A stretch of 61,657 nt of DNA, counting the filler, from Sphacelaria rigidula (taxonomy: Eukaryota): NCBI GenBank assembly GCA_964200075.2. It is 9 parts of 9 records of this genome, joined end to end, with 100 filler letters (N's around TTAATTAATTAA, not from the genome) between each part and the next. Parts side by side here need not be neighbours in the genome. Positions count along the whole stretch, not along the records: positions 1 to 6,763 come from CAXNAA020018201.1; positions 6,864 to 13,626 come from CAXNAA020018202.1; 7 more parts are not named here. The stretch is one strand, 5' to 3'. Both the position numbers and the translations under genes were made by a program. Positions 1-11,260 of the stretch are shown piece after piece (position 1 is the first letter of the stretch; every line of letters begins with the position of its first letter). Under the pieces are notes generated by a model. It saw only the letters and a program-made list of their open reading frames with translations, had not been told where the DNA came from and did no database searches.

Positions 1-119
1 CTATAACGCCCAAATCAGTCGCGTCGTGCAACACGAAACCAGCTTTAACGGCAGTTATGGTCATCGCCTTCGTGCACGTTTTCGGCCGGTTTGGGGGGGG
101 GGCTATCTCGGCAGCAGTC
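1..119 (-). mobile_element. Truncated GAC..GTC MITE
   Basis: Reverse complement aligns with 7986-8103; ends ...GGGGGCTATCTCGGCAGCAGTC. Confidence 0.8.
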
Positions 120-130
120 AGCCACTTCAT

Positions 131-390
131 TGTTTATTGCTCTTCATTCGAATTGCCTTATTCATTAATATTTTCGGGCCCGAAGGCAAGAGAGAGATAG
201 AGACGACTGCTTGCAGGGCACGATCTCTGAACCCTTCTGCCATAGACTATCGCGTCTCTGCTCATGAAAGCTGTCTCTCTCTCTCCCTTAGAACAACCAG
301 GGGGACACCTGAACGCTCCTCATGTACGTGAAAATCTCAAACGACCCAGTCCCCAAATGGTACTCTTACCATTCTTTCACCCTATATCAA
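131..390 (-). repeat. Distal copy (B2-like) of the element's 3' split direct repeat
   Basis: Aligns with 718-972 (TTCGAATTGCCTTATTC...CCCAAATGGTACTCT) with scattered substitutions. Confidence 0.88.
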
Positions 391-717
391 GCAATCCCTC
401 TCCCTTCCCTTCCACCTTCGAAAGAAAACGGGTGAGCGGGCGGGAAAAAGGCACACCTAATCGATAAACTGGCCCAACTCATTCTATGCTCCCTCTGTCC
501 ACCTTTTTCGTCTCCAACCTGCGCTGATTTGCGTTTCCTTGTCTTGACTATCCGTGGACTTTCCCGCAAAGTAAACGCTTGGGGCTGACTATTTAACTGT
601 TCCTCCGTGACCCTCAAAAAACGACTGAAATAATAAAAAGGCGGCTGACTATTTGACTGTTCCTCCGTGACCCTAAAAGAGCGGCTGAACTAATAGACGT
701 CTCTTTGGCCAATTCGA

Positions 718-972
718 TGTTTGCTTCTCTTTCGAATTGCCTTATTCATTAATATTTTCGGGCCCGAAGGCAAGAGAGAGATAGAGACGACTGCTTGCAG
801 GGCACAATCTCTAAACCCTTCTGCCATAGACTATCGTGTCTCTGCTCATGAAAACTTTCTCTCTCTCTCCCTTAGAACAACCAGGGGGGCACATAAGCGC
901 TCCTAATGTACGTGAAAATCTCAAACGACCCAGTCCCCAAATGGTACTCTACCATTCCTTCATCCATATCGA
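718..972 (-). repeat. Proximal copy (B1-like) of the 3' split direct repeat
   Basis: Direct repeat of 131-390, immediately after the YR coding region. Confidence 0.88.
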
Positions 973-2162
973 GGTCGTGGAGTTTTTCCCTGCTTCGGAA
1001 TCCGCCGCCTCTTCTTGTAACTCCCCCCCACACAGTTCCTTCCCCTGGTTGTCTACTAACTCCCCTTTTCTTATCTCCAAGAATGCGCGATAATAGTCGC
1101 GAGTCTTTTATGTAGTTTACAGTGTACGCCTTGTTTGCAACTGACTTCCACCTTCCTTCCCTCTGCGCTACTCGATCTGATACTTCTCCCCCTGCTACCA
1201 TAGTGAATGTCACTCCGATCCTCAACGAGTGTAAAGCAAAGTATTTCGGGTCGCGACCCGACTTCTCGACTACCTCTCTCAACGCTCGAAGTGCCTCGTT
1301 GTACTTCCATACTTTGACTCCCTGATCATAGTAATAAGAAGATAGTGGAGCGTCTGCGGGAAATGTCGCGTAGCATGACAACAACTCCAACATCAGAGCA
1401 ACTGCACCGCCGTCTACTACTCTGTACCCCGCATGCGGACCACAAACTTTTTCTCGCGTACGGACCCTTACTTCGCTCCTCTACCCCTGATCCCCTTTAT
1501 GGCCCCGGAAATGTATCTCTATCCTGTCAGCCTGGCGCCACTGCAAATACTCCAGCTGGGTATTCCCTGAAAAAAACGCCACGTCCCTACGTGTAAGACA
1601 ATGCACTGAATGTACCACCCCGATGTACTCGCAAACATCTTGTCCGACCGTGTGAGCAGAAATAGCTCAAGCTCAAGCAAAGCCAAAGGACCTTTCCCCC
1701 AACGCCCCGCGATGGGATCGAACATTCTCCGTCCAACAACATCTGCCATGTGACCGGAAGGCGAGTTCGACGGCACGTGCCTGTGTCAGCATGCGATCTC
1801 GCAATCCCTTTGAACGCACACTTCAAAACCGGAGACGTGGTGACGACTTCTACTTGTACCTCTTTCCTATGAAAATACTGCACCGCCGCAAACTTGCCCG
1901 ATATCGTACTAGCTACGTTCCCTTGGGAATCGAAACGCCACGCCGCAAAATCGACCAAATCCCAAGTCATCTCTTCGACCGATGCGTCGGCGCCGAAAAA
2001 CTTATCTCGGCCTATCAACCCGCGAAAGAGACACCAAGATCGGAAACCCGCCTCGTAATTTCGTTTAGACGAAGCCGCAATTGACTCTCCGACGAGCTCG
2101 ACGCCAAGACCGCGAGAGGAAGGTCCGGAGCTTCTTGCCCGAGGCGCTGGTCCTGCCAACAA
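872..2162 (-). pseudogene. Tyrosine recombinase, frameshifted
   Basis: N-terminal SIAASSKRNYEAGFRSW...STISGKFAAVQYFH; box I LLTRSDK; catalytic FALHSLRIG...GRWKS...Y. Split over ORFs 1587-2162, 1519-1776 and 872-1393. Confidence 0.9.
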
Positions 2163-4268
2163 ATGTCGGGCCGAAAAGAGTGCAAGTTACGAGCAATGTC
2201 AGCACGGTTCCACCTCGAGATACCATCGGCAAGAGTATTTGCTACCCTTTTGATGTGTTTCGCACGGAATCGCCACCCGTTTCGCATTTCCAACGCGCCC
2301 ATCAATCGCATGAGCGCCCCCGACCGTGGCTCTTTTGCCCCCCTACATTTGTTTACCCAGTGAACAGCGCTCATGTTGTCCCCCCGCATCAAGATACTCT
2401 GCCCGGGGTACTCCGGTCGTTCCCCAGCATGCACAGTCAACGCCCACGCCGTCACTACCATAATCAGCAGCTCGAAAACGTGTATCGACAAATCGTCTTT
2501 AGAAAACACACGGGTACGGAGGCGTGCACGTACATCCGGAATGAAATCTATCCTCCACCATTTCCCGGTTTCCAAACATTATCCTCCCATGGCATCCCCG
2601 CTGGCATCGCTAATGATTATCAAGCTTGGGAGCTCCAGAAAACAGCACGACAGAGGCTCTTCTAACCGAGTCACACCGTCTACCCCTGTAGCCATTTCCA
2701 AAATCAACCTCCAAAAAGCCAGGTCATCATGGAATTCTGGACCCAGCCGAACGCATCCCCGGCGCTGTGCGCGCCTTGCTACGAATCCCTCGTCCGCCGC
2801 TTCACCTGCCGTGAATGGCGCTAGACCTAGTTGATTAAGAATACGCCGCACGAAAAACGTTCCCGGTCTCACGACCTCACACAAGTGCAGAAGCTTTCCC
2901 ACCAACGATCGCACTTTCTTAACCGACGCTTCCTTCCTGTCTACTGGCCATTGGTCTAAAATGCCCCACAAATTCTCAATCTTGCGCTTTGGGACGGAAG
3001 TGGTCATTGCTACTGTGTCAATCGTCCATCCCAACATTTCCATGCGAGTGTCCCACGACGTCATTCTTTCGCGCGCAAACAACGGAGGCATTCTAGCTTC
3101 CCGACGACTACCAAACAAACGAAAACTGTTAGAAGCAAAGGACCGGGTAGCGCGAAGACACCGTCTGCCTGCCAAGAAACTCTCCGCCTCCACAAACAGC
3201 ATGCCATCCACAAACGTCTCTACCCCAAACTTGTCGCGCAGCTCCCAGCCCACACCCAGGAGATAAACATAATCTCGTGGCAACTCGGCGCGCACCTCGT
3301 CTGTTCGAGGTGGCTCTACGCGTACATGTCTAGCGGCTGCACGGCCTTCCCCTGTGACGTCTGCGTTTTGGAAAGTCGTGTTGTTGTGCACGTGCTGGAC
3401 AGCTGCCGCGCACACCCCCCACAACGCGGGCGAACTAGTCCATCCAAACTGAAGACGCCGATCTGTTATTACAAGTTCCTCGAACACGTACCCAAACGTC
3501 GGCGCTATATCCACTTCGACTTGAATTTGACGGAACGCACTCTTGGTATCCATTTTGGCAAGCAGAATTCGGGGGGATTTTCGACATTGGCAACAATTTC
3601 TCCGTGAAGGTACAAATTCGCCACGCCACATTGCGGAACACATGTCCTATTTTACACTCCGGTACCGCCGATGTATCAGTATCTTCGTTTACACTATTTC
3701 CACACACAGCGTTAGACAAATCATGACAAATGCGAACCTTTAACGGGGAGACAGTGACCGTCATAGATTATACGCGAAGACCTGGAATAGCAGCAGTTGC
3801 GTGACGTGAAAAAACAAATGCTCTCCCAAGTAACGCATCCTCCACAATTTTTGCCCAAACTTCCGAAGAATATGGTCTGACAGAACTATGGTTTCCATAT
3901 TGGAGCGCCTCAACCAAATCTCCCCGCACACATACCGCAACCGGTACCCCGATACTGACAATCTGCACCGACAGATCTATGTCGGGAAACTCTTGCACTT
4001 CGCCAATCCAACGCCGAATCAGAGATACATCAACGCGGGGAACGGGCAATACAGTCAGAGTTTCAAGCATACTGCTAAACGAACCACTGCTGTCTTCCAA
4101 AAAACGTTGGCGTTTCGCTCCTGCATTATAGAGTGCTGTATAGGTTGATTGAGGATCGGCTGAGCGCGCAAACCGTTTTAGCGCTACCGCACATTCTTCC
4201 ACATCCCCAGCCACACCCTGTTGCTCGCTCAACGCCAACCTCGGTCCTCCCGCCTGCTCGCCTTCCAC
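2015..4268 (-). pseudogene. pol: DIRS-type reverse transcriptase + RNase H, frameshifted
   Basis: KVRICHDLS, KMDTKSAFRQI, RLQFGWTSSP, FVDG (decayed YxDD), LGWTID; RNase H SDASG, ELLIMV, RGDNMSAV, ANTLADGISR. Confidence 0.92.
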
Positions 4269-5778
4269 GGAAACCGCGTGCTGGTCCGAGATTGGCCCCG
4301 CCTCGAGGCGAGGCCCGCGCCCCTAGTTGCAGCCCCCACCACCGCCGCCACCCCCGCCCCCACCGCAATTATTGCGTCCACCAGTGCCGCCCCCGGCGCT
4401 CTGGTTGCTGGGGCGGTTGTTGGTTGCCCCGGTCTCCAAGCCGCCGTCAACGGCGCGACCAGTGCCACCAGCGCGACCATTGCCACCGCCGCCGCCTCCC
4501 CCGCCGCTAGCGCGAGGACCGTCGCCCCCGTTGCTGGATCGACGGTTTGCTTTCTTGTTGTGCTCCCAAGGGCAGTTCCGTCGACGGCATACTCCTTACT
4601 TCATCTCCGCGAAGCAGTGTCGGTCACGAATTTGGTTATTTCCTGAGCGGGAACGCTTGGTCAGCGACAGTAGGGACGATGTGCGGATGCGGATACCCCG
4701 AAGTCCCCCGCTATTAATAAAATTGCGCAGCAAAGTCCACTGCGGCGTCACCACCGGAGGCATGTCCTCGATATTCGGAGGCGTTGGGTGCTGCCGCTGG
4801 AATGCGACGGCGCTAGTAAACAGGCTCGAAGACCACCGACCCAGGTCATCATCAACGAGGGACTCTATCATGGCGCATACCTCCAACATCTTGGCGGGCC
4901 ATTTGCGGCAGTGTGCCCGCAACAGCGTAGCGCCTTCCTCCATGGCTTCGCGAAGAATCTCCAGACGGACACGCCCGTCGTCCTACTCGATACCCATGGA
5001 GAGGAGCGTCATGATGGCCTCGATCAGTATCTCCAGGTGCTTGTACAGCGACGTGCTGGCGACGCGTGGGTCGTCGTTCTCCGCCACATACAGCCGCACG
5101 CGAAACTACTCATGGAGTTTACTTGTTCCATGACGGCGGGGGTAACTTTGACGATCTCATGCAACACCGCTTGCATCTCCGCCGTCTTCAACCCGCTGAC
5201 GGTCGAACGCTCCACGGTCAAAACCCACAACTTCATCATTGTCGGGTTGTACCACGCTTTTATGCTTTCTTTCGCACGAGCCTGTTGGACGTGCGAGGTC
5301 GACGCGATTGGAACACGCGGCTGCGTCAAATCGTGGACCACAGGCCGTCCTTCGCCAGCGTCAAAATCCTCGTTCTCGCGACGGCGGTCCCCCGGTATCG
5401 CTGGTGGCTCTGCCGCGGTGCGGTCTGCCACCAGGGCCTGAAGCTGTTTAACCGTGCCACGGATCTCGTCGCGTTCCACCGCGGCCGCATCGCGCTCGGC
5501 TTGCATCTCCTCGAGCCGCGCCTTATCTCGGCTGCCTCGGCTACCGTCAGCGGACCCTCCCCGCGTAGAGGTGCGGCTGACCGCCCCCTGCGTGGTGCAC
5601 GCCCCGACCCCGATCTACCGGGCGCGCGCCGGGTAGTGCGGGCGCCCCTGCGGCCGCGCCCCCGTGGAGTGCCCCCAGTCGACCCCGATCTACCGGGCGC
5701 GCGCCGTGTAGTACGGGCGCCCCCGCGGCCGTGCCCCCGTGTAGTGCCCCCAGTCGACGACCTCGTCGCCACAGGCAT
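4126..5778 (-). pseudogene. gag: Gag-like ORF1 of the YR element, frameshifted
   Basis: R/G-rich N-terminus with a duplicated ~60-bp unit, a coiled coil, and a CCCH finger CFAEMK*GVCRRRNCPWEH near 4560-4620 followed by a Gly-rich tail. Confidence 0.7.
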
Positions 5779-6033
5779 CTAATTCAGAGAAACAACAAGG
5801 CGGTCATGCGGACATGCGCCAATATGGGATAAACAAAAGTTTAGGGACGAATATCAACGAGCGGCGGCCACTGGTGCTCGGGTTTCAAGCACATGCGGGC
5901 ATCACACCGAGGTGGAAACGCATCGTCAAACTTTCGGGGATAGTTTGGACAGTAACCCCACTAACCTTACCCGTAGACAAGCCTCGTATTCCTATCTCAA
6001 GCTGGAGACATCAGCTGTCGAGATGTGTCATTG

Positions 6034-6034
<1 letters not shown>

Positions 6035-6090
<56 letters not shown>
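6035..6090. repeat. (TG)n microsatellite
   Basis: Seen directly. Confidence 0.97.
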
Positions 6091-6094
<4 letters not shown>

Positions 6095-6763
6095 TCGCTC
6101 GCCGGCGTTCGGATCGATGGCTTTTTGCCGATCACGCCATTTCCGCCATGCCCCCCCCGCGGTAATATATATATATATGTATATAAAACAGAGAACACTT
6201 GTGCCGACGGATTCGATATTTGACCGACGATCACACACACGCTCGACATCGCGACACACCAAGCGTCCATGATGAAAATGGCAACATCCTATGATGTTGA
6301 TTCAGCGGCGTACATAGGCTTTTGTACGTCGAAGAAAATTATACTCGACCGTTCCTATAGACAGTCAAAGTTTCGACTGATATTTATTTGGCTGCTTCAC
6401 GAAGTCTTTCGGCACTCTGGATCATGAAGCGTCTTGACCATCCGCTAATTGACCAGAGGGCAACCCCCTGTGGATATCCGTGAGATCGATATACAATCGA
6501 AACGACTAGTACACAGGGCCGGTGAGGCAGAAACCTTGCTGATATATATATATATATATATATATTGAACATATTGTTTGCTGCAACTCGAAACGTTTTC
6601 GACAGCCCAGGCCACGGAGCGTACACACGTGCACCGCTACTGACCAGACGGTAACCTCCCGTGGATTTCCGAGAGAAATTTGGTCCAGCATATATATACA
6701 TATATGTATATACAAGGGGTTCGGCGGCTTCCGCCGCCACGCTCAATGAGATCGATAGCCAAG

Positions 6764-6863
6764 NNNNNNNNNNNNNNNNNNNNNNNNNNNNNNNNNNNNN
6801 NNNNNNNTTAATTAATTAANNNNNNNNNNNNNNNNNNNNNNNNNNNNNNNNNNNNNNNNNNNN
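6764..6863. other. Artificial contig spacer N44-TTAATTAATTAA-N44 (first of eight; others 13627-13726, 20489-20588, 27351-27450, 34213-34312, 41075-41174, 47936-48035, 54797-54896)
   Basis: Identical 100-bp spacer with a six-frame stop linker. Intervening segments are 6763,6763,6762,6762,6762,6762,6761,6761,6761 bp, i.e. length-sorted. Confidence 0.98.
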
Positions 6864-6940
6864 TTTGTTGGGGTAAGGGGTTAATGGTTTTTTTATTTTG
6901 GCGGGTTTTATCATTGGTTACCCCCCCCCCCCCCCCCCAC

Positions 6941-7016
6941 CATTGCTCTGTCTCGAAAGGGGTGCATGATCAATGGTCAAGCGATTCAGGCAGGCAACAC
7001 GTGAGTACGTCCCCCA
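6941..7016 (-). repeat. ~70-bp interspersed module A
   Basis: Reverse complement of GTACTCATTTGTTGCTTGCCTTAGTCGTTTAACCATTGACCACGCATCCCTTTCGAGACGGAGCA. Other copies 13321-13397, 35828-35903, 42506-42583, 47825-47898, 51010-51080. Confidence 0.85.
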
Positions 7017-7749
7017 ACCCTCCTTTCCCCCCCCCCGACATACTAGCAGATGAAAACAACTTACCACCATCATCTCCATGTTCGTCTACTGCACGCTCTT
7101 TTCCCGAAGGGCTTGCGCCGGCCTTGACCTCGACGTCCATCTCACACCGACCGCTAGGGTTGACACTCATTTCGGCAACTACCGTACTTCCCGTGTCCAG
7201 CACTACTGAGTTTAGCAGCATCCACAGTTTCTCCATAACGCCTTCGAGTCGGCTACGAAACAGTCATGACGCACGTGAGTGACAAAGAATAGGAGGGAAA
7301 TTTTGTCAGAAATCTGCCATCGAGGCGGCAAGGGCTAATCGTGCGAAACTGTCCATCTCGTGCATTTTCAAGAACCGTGCTGTACTGTGGGGCAACGGTT
7401 GTCACGCATGCCCCCCTTATTCGGCCAGCCGGCTGGTCAGGCCGGTCACTATCACCGTATCGTATTGTACCAGGCCAAATCATTCTGGACGTCCAGCCGC
7501 GTATAATGGAATCGATATCTACATTACAGTGGCGTATTGCCTGGCAATAGCGTAGGGGTAACGTGACGCACGAATGAAGTACCTCGACGTGTCTCTTAAT
7601 TATGTTCGATACGCCCTTTCCCCGCTTGTCATCGCTGATTTGGCGCCCCTGAACGGGGAATCTGCAGCCGCAACTGTTAAGTACTACACGGTAGCACGAT
7701 CAGTGCGTCTTGTCCGAACGCAGGCGTGAACTCTGAGACCCTTTCCCAC

Positions 7750-7910
7750 CTGTATGCCTTGACCGGCGTGTCAAGAAGAGCAAAAAGACACGTCTCGCGC
7801 AGCACAAGTCCATCAAGGCTCAGCTGCAGGAAGTGTCCCAGCACCCCAGACGGCGCAAATAGTTTGAGTACTGATGAATGCATGGCCAGAGCGCTCAGGC
7901 AAATTGCCAC
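7750..7910 (-). CDS. Putative exon of an unidentified helical (possibly ARM-repeat) host protein
   Basis: ttctcacag|VAICLSALAMH...VKAYR|gtggga. Similar candidate exons at 10334-10459 and 13105-13160 (GEAMINLKLAAKAVANLCQ|gtgagt). Confidence 0.35.
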
Positions 7911-7985
7911 CTGTGAGAATTTCACATTATAAAACGATCCATCAGATCCTCTACGGATCGGTGTTCTCATCTTTTGTGCTCTTTA

Positions 7986-8233
7986 GACTGCTGCCGAAAT
8001 AGCACCTCCCCGAACCGGCCAAAAACGTGCACGGGAGCGATGATCATACATGCCGTTAGAGCTGGTTTCGTGCCGCACGACGCGACTGATTTGGGCGTTA
8101 TAGTTGATTTCGGACTGCTACACGCCTCTCATGTGGGCGAAATTGCTGCAAACGAGCCCAATAGTGGGATCGCAGCTGGTTTGTCGGGCGGTCTCCGGTG
8201 CACTTTTTGTGGGAGGCTATCTCGGCATTAGTC
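7986..8233. mobile_element. 248-bp MITE, GAC..GTC family
   Basis: TIRs GACTGCTGCCGAAATAGC / GCTATCTCGGCATTAGTC; flanks TTTA/TTTC (imperfect 4-bp TSD). Confidence 0.8.
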
Positions 8234-10333
8234 TTTCACAGTCTGTAGTCACCAATATAACAGAGATTTCTGGGCAGACGTTTATTCGTGCGCTTTTATC
8301 CAGAGCTCCTCGTGAACCAATCGCGCGCGTTATGTCTTCCCCATGAGGATTCGTCTTGATATACAGAGTTAGTATTTCAATGGCAGTTTGCAACCATCAG
8401 AAGTCACTGGTCTCTGTTTCTAAGAAAACATGAAACTGGATTTTGGTGATCCTCAAAATGGGGTCACTTCTGGATGAGCTCCATGCCACGCGATTCTGTT
8501 TTAGACTCTTCGGGTGATTTATGTAACTCCCTGACCCAAATACCCCATATAGTACGGAATATGCGTATTACATGAGATACTTGACTGTATCGCGTTGGTG
8601 TTTTTGCTTCGCACCTTTGTTGATGTCTACCCCGTGCTGAGTAAGGGTCTTTGTTCACGACGGCACTAAGTGCAACATTCTGTCTACACCATCGCATGGG
8701 CAACGTCCTGCATGGTGGATCCAGACAACGCGATCGAGTAAGTGTCGATGCCGGTGCTGCACAGCAGTCAAGCTGTTTGTGCCAGAATGACCGTACAGCT
8801 ACACTGGCGAAAATATGTCACAGAGTCATGCTACGATAGGAGGGGGGAGTGTTCGATTCCACGAAAAAAAGGGCTCATAGGTTCGTCAGACGATCCAACA
8901 CACTCACGGTGCGCTTGTATGTGGGTGAAAGCGATACCAAACAGTATCAGTAAGCGTTACAAAAGGGATGCAAGTGCGTTCGAACTACCGTCGCTACTAT
9001 CAACGACGATTGCAGGTAGAATTTCGTGGGAGAAAATGGTCCAGAATACCCCCCCCCCTCCCTATCGTAGCATGACTCCACAGTTGATTGCGAACACGGG
9101 GCGTTGACTGTCGGCAAATGCTGCCCGGACTCGTCAACGCGAATTATCTCATCGCTCGAGGAAGGACGGGTAGGCTTGCGCTGAAGTACACAGGGGCTCT
9201 CGCTGAAAGAAAGAAGAACATATAGCAACAGGCGAGGGCTTACAACCACTTGACCAAGAAGGGAGGACGAGTTAATGCTGTAACTTTGGGAAGGTTCTCC
9301 TGCATTGCAATTCATTGAGGTAATAATTGGTCTGGGTGGTTCGCTGAGTTGATTCACGTGATATCGGATAATCGTTCCCTACCTGGGCCAAGAGGTTGAT
9401 TTGGTGAGGCACTTCTCCCTGTAGAATCTGGAAAGCCTTATTCTCCATCTCCTGGGAGGGGGATATAGATGCATCAATCAATGTAAGCAGGTTGACGGAA
9501 AACCATAGCGAGCGCTGAAAATGACGAAATTCACAATCCTCTACCTGTGAAGCATCCGATTACATCCATCATTAACGGAGGTGGGTATTAGTATCAGGGA
9601 GGTATTGACTTATTTTTCTGTCTCTTCATTTCAGAGCGGAACCGCTTGACGATTCTCTCATCTCAGTGTCGTGTCGACGGCATGAAGCATATTCTTGAAA
9701 TATTACGGTGCACCATAGCAGGACTGCACATGTAGAGCTTCCTTCATGAAAAAACCGTTCACATCATGCCATCGGAGAAGGGATCAGCCCCAACGTATCA
9801 TCCACGTACTCGGCCGCGCCTCCATCATGTCTCAACTGGTGTAGTCACAGTATTAACCCCTCCCTTTCCTCCAGACGACCCAATGGTTTTCAGGGACCAA
9901 CCCACCTCTGCCAGGTATGTATTACCAGAGCGATAGAGCTATGTAAAGTATTGAATATCAGAAGCCGATTTACAATATAGCCGCATGATGTGCTTGGTGC
10001 TCAGTCGCACTCAACTGCTGCCTTTAGTCATCCGCTACCACGACTGGTACGCCGAACAGGTCTTACTGGGACCAAGATCACAACTCGTGGGCCCATCTCC
10101 TCGAAGACAAAGGCATATACTTTTTTCAGTATGGACCTTTTCTTTTGTGGATTTCGCACGCATAAATAGGGTGGAGAAAACAAAATAATGGCGAAAGTTC
10201 TCCACGTGTCTTTCAACAAGTCCCTACATATAGGACGGGTCTAATTACGCTTTCAACCCGACGTGAATGGTAAAACGTCAAACAGCAATTTTGGAAATGA
10301 ACCGCGAACGTATGTATATACACATGATCTCAC

Positions 10334-10459
10334 CCCAGGCGAAATTCTCGTGGACAATTCCAGCCTCTCGTTGTAGCCGGCCGGTACCTCGTACCAAACG
10401 GTTACAGTCCGATCTTCGTGCCAGATGGGCTCCTTCACCATGGGTCTCCACAAGTTTTC
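10334..10459 (-). CDS. Putative internal exon, unknown protein
   Basis: cggcag| 126 nt open |gtgaga; reading frame ambiguous. Confidence 0.35.
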
Positions 10460-10946
10460 CTGCCGCACGGTAAGGAGGCACGTCAGCGGTACAATCAGGA
10501 TGAGAATAGGCTTAGAAGGTTAGGATAGGGGCCAACGGGTATTCCGCCGCGTGAAGAATGGACGGTGTTTAAGGGCCAGTAGTTGCATGGGTTTAGCGTA
10601 CAGCTCTGGGTCGGGTAGATGCAGCGGTAGACGTTCCTTGACGCAGCGACAGAAGTTAGACCACATCGTGAAATCGTAACCCGTCTAGCATCGGTTGTTC
10701 ATAGATTTGGTCACGCGGTTCTTGCTGACACGTTTAACTCGAGAACCACTGACATCTGATTCTCCGAAATATCAACACCGCTAGGCGTCCTTGTGCAAGA
10801 TGAGGAGTCAGCCAATCACCGGGCTGAACCGAGACAATTATGCCGACCTGGCTTGAGATGGGCAGGTTTGGGAACTGCGCTTATTTGTGAGGCAGGTGCA
10901 CTAGTGAAGTTCGTTGAAATGAATGCTCTACAGAATTTGACTGACG

Positions 10947-10992
<46 letters not shown>

Positions 10993-11260
10993 CGCACGTT
11001 GACTGACCCCCCAGGGATCCAGCCGTGGTCTCATGGTATTCGTACCCAACAAAAACGAAACTGAAACACGCGTTGAAAACAAAAAGGAACAGAACACAAC
11101 AAAAAGTCGAACAGAACGACATAGCAGACTTAGTCGTAACGAAAAAAAAAGTTAACACAAGCAAAGCGCAGGAAGAAATGGCCGACCTAAAACAAAAAGA
11201 AAAGGGGAAACTAAGAAGAAAGTAAATAGCAAATGAAAAATAATACAATAAAAGCAAAAG
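10947..11260 (-). mobile_element. Non-LTR retroposon 3' end (family Y) with (ATCA)n tail
   Basis: Minus strand ends GAGACCACGGCTGGATCCCTGGGGGGTCAGTCAACGTGCGACAATCAATC. Copies at ~12030-12200, 12215-12360, 38918-39170 (-) and 51620-51755 (+). Confidence 0.8.

Larger units (their letters stand above)
131..5778 (-). mobile_element. Degenerate tyrosine-recombinase retrotransposon (DIRS order, Ngaro/PAT-like)
   Basis: gag(CCCH) - RT - RNase H - tyrosine recombinase order on the minus strand, plus a split direct repeat at the 3' end. Confidence 0.9.

Noticed and set aside
872..2162. Phage integrase or prophage
   Set aside because: The recombinase lies directly after a DIRS-type RT/RNase H, so it belongs to the retrotransposon.
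4133..5782. Long plus-strand ORFs (268, 217 and 238 aa)
   Set aside because: GC-rich antisense shadows of the minus-strand gag.
6808..6819. Recurring TTAATTAATTAA motif
   Set aside because: Artificial stop linker inside the N spacers.
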